From IMG/VR virus record IMGVR_UViG_3300043466_003163, positions 1-64,000 of that record: a DNA stretch of 64,000 nt. The stretch is one strand, 5' to 3'. Under the pieces are notes generated by a model that was not told the DNA's origin, searched no databases, and was given only the letters and a program-made list of their open reading frames with translations. The position numbers were made by a program, and so were the translations under genes. The stretch is from a virus. Positions 58,561-64,000 of this stretch are shown in pieces. Each line of letters begins with the position of its first letter. The first letter of the stretch is position 1.

Positions 58561-59481
58561 GGGATTATTTATATGTTTACCTTTTATTTTATAATAATTG
58601 ACATCTATATCTTTTTCTTCTAGTAAATTTTTGGGGATATAAGTTTCACCTGTTTCTAAAAAATGATTCATTCGTTTGTTACCAAAATCTATATTAAACT
58701 CCACCAAATCAATACCTATAAACTTTCTATTATTTTTTAGTGATGCAACACCAGTTGTGGACGATCCAGCAAATGGGTCTAAAATGATATCATTCTCATC
58801 ACTACCAATCCTCACAAACCAATCTGCTAATTCAACAGAGAATGGTGCTGGGTGTAAAACACTTGGGTTTGATTCTGCAGCAGCAATAATGACATTATGT
58901 GGTAGAGAACCATTTTCGTTTAATTCCCTCATCTGAGAATCATAAATACCATCTCTAGAATTAATAGTAGTTACTGGTTTTTTAAATCTTCTTTTAGTGA
59001 CTTCAGAATGTTCAGTTCTACAATTATCCGCCCTAAATTTAGGTTTATTTGAGTTAGAGAAATGGAATACGTATTCATATCTATCTATTGCCCTATATTT
59101 ACAATTTGTTGGTACTGCATTCTTTTTAAACCATATATATGGTTTTGCTACTAAATACCAACCCTGTTTCCTCATTTTATATTTTAATTCATCTAAAACT
59201 GGATGAACTACACCATTTTCTATCTTATCATTTATGTTTAGAAAAAAACTACCATTTGGTTTTAATACTTTTAAGAATAATTCAGTAAATTCTAGAAACC
59301 AATCAACATAATCGTCTACATGTATAGAACCTATTTCTCCATCACCTTCTCCACTGTAATTTTTTCTCATAGAATAATAGGGTGGTGATGTAAATATCAT
59401 ATCTACTTTTTCACCTTTTTCTACCATATTTTTTAATATAATTTTTGTGTCCCCTAAATGTAATTTGTATTGACTTTCCAT
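58558..59481 (-). CDS. Orphan DNA methyltransferase, N4-C/N6-A, beta class
   Basis: FTSPPY catalytic motif preceding HPAPF and ILDPFAGSSTTG. Confidence 0.9.
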   Translation of the reverse strand: MESQYKLHLGDTKIILKNMVEKGEKVDMIFTSPPYYSMRKNYSGEGDGEIGSIHVDDYVDWFLEFTELFLKVLKPNGSFFLNINDKIENGVVHPVLDELKYKMRKQGWYLVAKPYIWFKKNAVPTNCKYRAIDRYEYVFHFSNSNKPKFRADNCRTEHSEVTKRRFKKPVTTINSRDGIYDSQMRELNENGSLPHNVIIAAAESNPSVLHPAPFSVELADWFVRIGSDENDIILDPFAGSSTTGVASLKNNRKFIGIDLVEFNIDFGNKRMNHFLETGETYIPKNLLEEKDIDVNYYKIKGKHINNP

Positions 59482-59503
59482 TTTATTATGTTTAAATTTG
59501 AAA

Positions 59504-59535
59504 CAAATATAATGATATTTATAATATAAAACAAA
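59504..59535 (-). promoter_or_regulatory. Bacteroidota primary-sigma promoter for the methyltransferase, overlapping a divergent late motif
   Basis: TTTG-N20-TATATTTG on minus; ATATTTAT on plus at 59515-59522. Confidence 0.7.
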
Positions 59536-59540
59536 TTAAA

Positions 59541-62021
59541 ATGAAAAAAGTCTTACCTAAAGTTAAAAAAGTGATTAATATGTCACTAAAACAGGCAAAA
59601 ATGTATGGAGATACGGAAGTTCGTATTGAACATATAATAATATCATTAATAAATGACTATAATAATAACGCAATACGAGTTTTAAATGATTTAGGTGTAG
59701 ATGTCGATAATTTACATAAAAAAATAGAGATTTCTCTTTTAAAAGAAAAAAAAGAAGAGTTAGTTATTGCTCAGAGCGGTGATTTACCTTTAGAATATGT
59801 ATCAGAAAAAATTTTAAAAGGTGCGGAAAAGGAATGTGATGAATTAAATGATGATTTTTTGGATACTCACCACATATTATTATCCACATTAAAAATAAAA
59901 AATAATGTTAATAGTATTTTAAAAACTATGAAAATAAATTATAATATAGTAAAAAAACATATGGAAAAAAATATAATACAAAATAGTATTGATCCTATAG
60001 ATAGTGAAGATGATAACTTCTTTAAAGATAATAAAAAAAGTAATAAAAAAAGTAATAAATCTAATGAAACCCCTATTTTAGATAACTTCTCAATTGACGT
60101 TACTAAAAGAGCATCTGAAGGTAAAATTGATCCTGTTATAGGTAGAGATGAATCAATACAAAGAGTAGCTCAGATATTAGCGAGAAAAAAGAAAAATAAT
60201 CCTGTTTTGATTGGTGATCCTGGTGTTGGTAAAACGACAATTGTTGAAGGTTTGGCATTAAAAATATTTCAGGGGGACGCACCTAGAACTCTTTTAGATA
60301 AAAGAATTTTATCATTAGATATAACTTCATTAGTTGCTGGTACAAAATATAGAGGTCAATTTGAAGAAAGAATTAAAGGTATTGTTGACGAACTTATGAA
60401 TGTGGATAATGTAATTTTATTTATAGATGAATTACATACAATTGTTGGTGCAGGAAACGCATCAGGTTCTATAGATGCTGCCAATGTATTAAAACCAGCC
60501 TTAGCGAGAGGTGATATACAAGTTATTGGGGCAACAACTTTAGATGAATTTAGAGAAAATATAGAAAAAGATGGTGCATTAGCTAGAAGATTTCAACAAG
60601 TTTTGATTAATCCCCCTTCAGTTGAGGACACAATTAAAATTTTAAATAAGATAAAAATATCGTATGAAAATTATCATAAAGTTTTTTATCCACAAGAAAC
60701 TATAGAACAATGTGTAAAAATGGCTGATAGGTATATTACCGATAGGGAATTTCCTGATAAGGCAATAGATATTTTAGATGAGGTAGGTTCTAGAACTCAG
60801 GTTAATGCTAAACCACCAAAAGGTATAAGTACCTTAGAAGAAAAAATTAATGAGATTAAAGAAAGAAAAAGTAATGTCGTTAAAAAACAAAAATATGAAG
60901 AAGCTGCTAAACTAAGAGATGAAGAAAGAAACATCAACGAAAAACTGGAAGTAGAAAAAGAAAAATGGTTAGAAACTATTAATAAAGAAAGAAAAAAGAT
61001 AACTCCTGAGGATGTTAATGAAGTTGTTTCTATTATGACAGGTATACCATTAAAAAGACTTAGTGGGGATCAAGGTAAACGAATGTTGGAGATGGAAAAT
61101 GAATTAATGAAACATATTATTGGACAGGAAAATGCGTTAGAAAAAATAGCTAAATCTCTTAGAAGAAATAGGGTAGGTATTAGAAATCCAAAAAAACCAA
61201 TAGGTTCTTTTATGTTTTTGGGTCCTACAGGTGTTGGTAAAACTCATATTGCTAAAAAATTGGCAGAATATATGTTTGGAGAAGAAGACTCTTTGATTAG
61301 ATTGGATATGTCAGAATTTCAAGAAAAACATTCTATTTCTAGATTAATTGGTTCTCCTCCTGGTTATGTCGGTCATGAAGATGGGGGTCAATTAACAGAA
61401 AAAGTTAGAAGAAAACCTTATTCTATCGTATTATTCGATGAAATTGAGAAAGCAAATAAAGAAATATATAATACATTATTACAATTATTAGATGATGGAC
61501 AATTAACTGACAGTTCAGGTAGAAAAGTAAACTTCAAAAATTGTATGGTAATTATGACATCAAATGTAGGAGTTAAAAAATTACAAGATTTTGGTACAGG
61601 AGTTGGTTTCGGAACTAAATCAAAAATAGAAAGAGAAGAGTCAGTAAAAGAAGGTATGTTACTCGATGAACTTAAAAAACAATTCCCACCAGAATTTTTA
61701 AATAGATTAGATGACGTAATTATATTTAAATCTTTAACCAAAGATCAGATAGGTAAAATTGTAGATTTAGAAATATCTAAATTAGAAGATAGAGTTTTAG
61801 AAATTGGGTATACATTACAAATAAATAAAACCGCAAAAGATTATTTAGTTGATCAGGGGTATGATGAAGAATATGGGGCAAGACCTTTAAATAGATCAAT
61901 TCAAAAATATATTGAGGATCCCGTTTCAGAAGAAATTTTGAGCGGTAGAGTTAAAGAAGGTCAAACTATTAAGGTAAGTTACTCCAAACCTAAAGAAGAA
62001 ATAATTGTTAAAATTTGTTAA
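59541..62021 (+). CDS. clpC: ATP-dependent Clp ATPase, ClpC-type
   Basis: Clp N-domain, two AAA modules ([16 protein letters not shown]), UVR-type middle domain (YEEAAKLRD), VGF ClpP-docking loop, GARPL. Confidence 0.92.
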   Translation: MKKVLPKVKKVINMSLKQAKMYGDTEVRIEHIIISLINDYNNNAIRVLNDLGVDVDNLHKKIEISLLKEKKEELVIAQSGDLPLEYVSEKILKGAEKECDELNDDFLDTHHILLSTLKIKNNVNSILKTMKINYNIVKKHMEKNIIQNSIDPIDSEDDNFFKDNKKSNKKSNKSNETPILDNFSIDVTKRASEGKIDPVIGRDESIQRVAQILARKKKNNPVLIGDPGVGKTTIVEGLALKIFQGDAPRTLLDKRILSLDITSLVAGTKYRGQFEERIKGIVDELMNVDNVILFIDELHTIVGAGNASGSIDAANVLKPALARGDIQVIGATTLDEFRENIEKDGALARRFQQVLINPPSVEDTIKILNKIKISYENYHKVFYPQETIEQCVKMADRYITDREFPDKAIDILDEVGSRTQVNAKPPKGISTLEEKINEIKERKSNVVKKQKYEEAAKLRDEERNINEKLEVEKEKWLETINKERKKITPEDVNEVVSIMTGIPLKRLSGDQGKRMLEMENELMKHIIGQENALEKIAKSLRRNRVGIRNPKKPIGSFMFLGPTGVGKTHIAKKLAEYMFGEEDSLIRLDMSEFQEKHSISRLIGSPPGYVGHEDGGQLTEKVRRKPYSIVLFDEIEKANKEIYNTLLQLLDDGQLTDSSGRKVNFKNCMVIMTSNVGVKKLQDFGTGVGFGTKSKIEREESVKEGMLLDELKKQFPPEFLNRLDDVIIFKSLTKDQIGKIVDLEISKLEDRVLEIGYTLQINKTAKDYLVDQGYDEEYGARPLNRSIQKYIEDPVSEEILSGRVKEGQTIKVSYSKPKEEIIVKIC

Positions 62022-62077
62022 AAAATTTTGATATTATAAAAACTTTTTACAATATTTGTATTATAAAAATAAAAATT

Positions 62078-62578
62078 ATGAAAAAGTTTGTTGTTTCTAT
62101 TTCCCTTTTAGTAAGTGTTTCGTGTTTCGGACAGGATTATTTCACTGAATATTGTTACTCTAACAACAAAAAAATTGTTAGTGAATTAAATATCGATTCG
62201 TTAGAGAATGTTCTATTCGAAAAAATCAACGATTTTCGAAAACAGAATGGTTTAAATCTTTTGGTCATGGATGAATCATTAAATAATTATTCCGAAAAAT
62301 GGTCAAGAAATATGTTGAGTAAAGACAAAATCTATCACTCGAGTATTGGTGAAAATGGTATTGTGTCGGAAAATGTTTATTTGACTAAAAGTTTTGGTGT
62401 ATTCCCAATGGAAAAAAGTAATATTCTAACAATATCCGATAGAATTTTCAAAAGTTGGGTAAATTCTGAAAAACATAGAAATAACATGTTATTGGAAAAT
62501 GTTGAAAATATTGGTGTATCGATTGTTTTATTACCTAATGGTATGATTGATGAGTCAGCAACAATGGTGGTTAATTAA
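62078..62578 (+). CDS. Secreted CAP/SCP-domain protein
   Basis: Signal peptide MKKFVVSISLLVSVSCFG|Q; INDFRKQNGL, HS, SENV, WVNSEKHRNNML, IGV. Confidence 0.85.
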   Translation: MKKFVVSISLLVSVSCFGQDYFTEYCYSNNKKIVSELNIDSLENVLFEKINDFRKQNGLNLLVMDESLNNYSEKWSRNMLSKDKIYHSSIGENGIVSENVYLTKSFGVFPMEKSNILTISDRIFKSWVNSEKHRNNMLLENVENIGVSIVLLPNGMIDESATMVVN

Positions 62579-62589
62579 CCACCATTGTT
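62560..62589. terminator. Perfect 30-bp palindrome between convergent genes, likely a terminator
   Basis: aacaatggtggttaa|ttaaccaccattgtt. Confidence 0.7.
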
Positions 62590-62594
62590 TATTT

Positions 62595-63125
62595 TTAGAA
62601 ATCCGTATCATATAAACATTCTGAAATAGATTTAATATTTTCTATATCTTTTGTGAAATCATATTTTTTAACCCATTCCTCAATTGATTCACCGCTTTCT
62701 GGTACATATTCAGGTTTTATATGTTTTATTTTTAGTGACACATCACTATCACCAGATTCAAATGTTTTGACAACTTCTTCTAGATGCCTTCTACACATAT
62801 TAACAGTTTTCTCAACAGCCTTTTCTTTAATTCCTGAATTAGTTATTTTAGATAAAATGCCAGCATTTAATTTTTTATTTTTTAATCCCTCACAATTTGT
62901 TATAGAGAAAATTACACCATCTCTTAATTTAGTGTATAGATTATTTTTATCTCTAGATGTTTCAGTGGCAGTAAGACCTACTGTTGTACTATCTGACCTT
63001 AACCATGATGGGAATGTTTGAAAACAAGAACTGAAATCTACTTTAGATTCATTAATAAACTTTAAAATAGATTTGATTTCTCTTTCAGTTAGTGTTATAA
63101 TTTGATTATTTTTTTTTATTTTCAT
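62595..63125 (-). CDS. Hypothetical protein with a head-protein-like leader
   Basis: Start reassigned to ATG 63125: MKIKKNNQIITLTEREIKSILKFINES. Confidence 0.7.
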   Translation of the reverse strand: MKIKKNNQIITLTEREIKSILKFINESKVDFSSCFQTFPSWLRSDSTTVGLTATETSRDKNNLYTKLRDGVIFSITNCEGLKNKKLNAGILSKITNSGIKEKAVEKTVNMCRRHLEEVVKTFESGDSDVSLKIKHIKPEYVPESGESIEEWVKKYDFTKDIENIKSISECLYDTDF

Positions 63126-63153
63126 TTTTTTAATATTAATATTTAAATCGTTA

Positions 63154-64000
63154 TTAAAAACCTGGACAACAAGTTGGGCAAGTCCATTTTGGTACAAATG
63201 GACGAGTTCTAGGTTTAAACGATACTCTACCTAATTTTTTCCTAATTTTTCGTATACCTCTTTTTAAATCGTTCCATGTATCTGTTAAATTAAATTCACC
63301 ATTTGCATCAAATTGTAAACCTAAACCCGGAACTGCAATAACGTAGTAATCTTCACCAACTTCCTCTTTTGTTACGACTTCTGGTTTTTTAAGTGTTACA
63401 GTTAAACCACCTAAATTCATTCTATAAGGGCCATAAACTTTATTATATTCTCCACGAAGTTCTTTTTGTGAAATTTCTCTACCTGCATATTTGCTCGCCT
63501 GAATAGCCGATGATTCAGTTCTGTTACCGTAAAACATTTGTGGTGTAATTTTTTTACCTGCATCGTTAAATCTTTTATATGCAATTTGGAATAGTTCACC
63601 ATATTGGGATATAGGTACTTCAGATCCATCAGCATTTTTACCGTCAATCTTTTCCCATCCAGGTCCAATATTTGGACGAGTAACTTTAGATCCTAACACT
63701 ATATTGTATTTACCTAACCCTAATCTATCTAACATATTACGTATAGATGTTTCTATAGTATCACACCTATCTTCCGCCAATTGTATATTATTTTTTTCAC
63801 TAAATGTTTTATCTTTACTCTTATAAGTGGTTCTTACTTTACTAGTTGACCCATAAACATAAATATTTATAGATTCTACTACTAATGCAAAATCTTCACC
63901 TAAATTATGTTGGTTTCTTAATTTAATAACATCGTCTTCCTGTTGATTGATGAATTTTCTAAGTAATACAATTTGTTCTTTTAAACCTTCTCTGGCCGAA
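63154..64000 (-). CDS. OmpA-C-like protein, 5' end outside the window
   Basis: The frame stays open upstream of 63780 to the window edge: INIYVYGSTSKV..NIQLAEDRCDTI. Confidence 0.6.
   Translation of the reverse strand, partial: SAREGLKEQIVLLRKFINQQEDDVIKLRNQHNLGEDFALVVESINIYVYGSTSKVRTTYKSKDKTFSEKNNIQLAEDRCDTIETSIRNMLDRLGLGKYNIVLGSKVTRPNIGPGWEKIDGKNADGSEVPISQYGELFQIAYKRFNDAGKKITPQMFYGNRTESSAIQASKYAGREISQKELRGEYNKVYGPYRMNLGGLTVTLKKPEVVTKEEVGEDYYVIAVPGLGLQFDANGEFNLTDTWNDLKRGIRKIRKKLGRVSFKPRTRPFVPKWTCPTCCPGF

Noticed and set aside
58558-59481. Restriction-modification system
   Set aside because: No adjacent endonuclease gene; best read as an orphan protective methyltransferase
1-64000. Stop-codon reassignment, as in some Bacteroidota phages
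   Set aside because: Conserved genes are full length under the standard code; TAA, TGA and at least one TAG (21197-21199) end genes at tight junctions
1-64000. tRNA, rRNA, transposase, integrase or DGR reverse transcriptase
   Set aside because: Intergenic gaps are short and AT-rich; I saw no cloverleaf/T-loop signature or relevant protein motifs by eye (tRNAscan and Infernal were not run)

Overview
This is a very AT-rich, densely coding segment of a large tailed phage with a T4-like head module, most likely a jumbo myophage of a Bacteroidota host. The host inference rests on TTTG-N19/20-TAnnTTTG promoters, A-rich leaders without Shine-Dalgarno sequences, and a Q+1 signal peptide. Layout from left to right: (1) 1-6.3 kb, Ser/Thr/Gly-rich tail-fibre and LamG virion proteins; (2) 6.3-11.5 kb, probable head-associated proteins, a stand-alone WYL protein, a DUF6011 protein, a lipoprotein and an OmpA-like protein; (3) 11.5-31 kb, a glycan-synthesis island with about 13 glycosyltransferase-like genes, 5 SAM methyltransferases and gmd/fcl, interleaved with an HD-like protein, dUTPase, PhoH and a HAD-like protein; (4) a gp55-like late sigma factor and baseplate/spike genes; (5) the head module on the minus strand (terminase, portal, protease, scaffold, major capsid); (6) acidic proteins with protease-site-like leaders, a nucleotidyltransferase, thyA, KTSC, Hsp20, a DNA methyltransferase, ClpC and a CAP-domain protein. 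Main signals beyond the gene list: a strongly enriched [S/T][G/A]xT motif in outer virion proteins next to the glycan island (candidate phage O-glycosylation system); an ATATTTAT late-promoter motif before 17 genes; a hairpin that appears to gate translation of the prohead protease; a 15-bp inverted repeat bracketing one membrane-protein gene; and shared leaders suggesting capsid-packaged cargo. All family assignments come from motif recognition by eye, not database searches.
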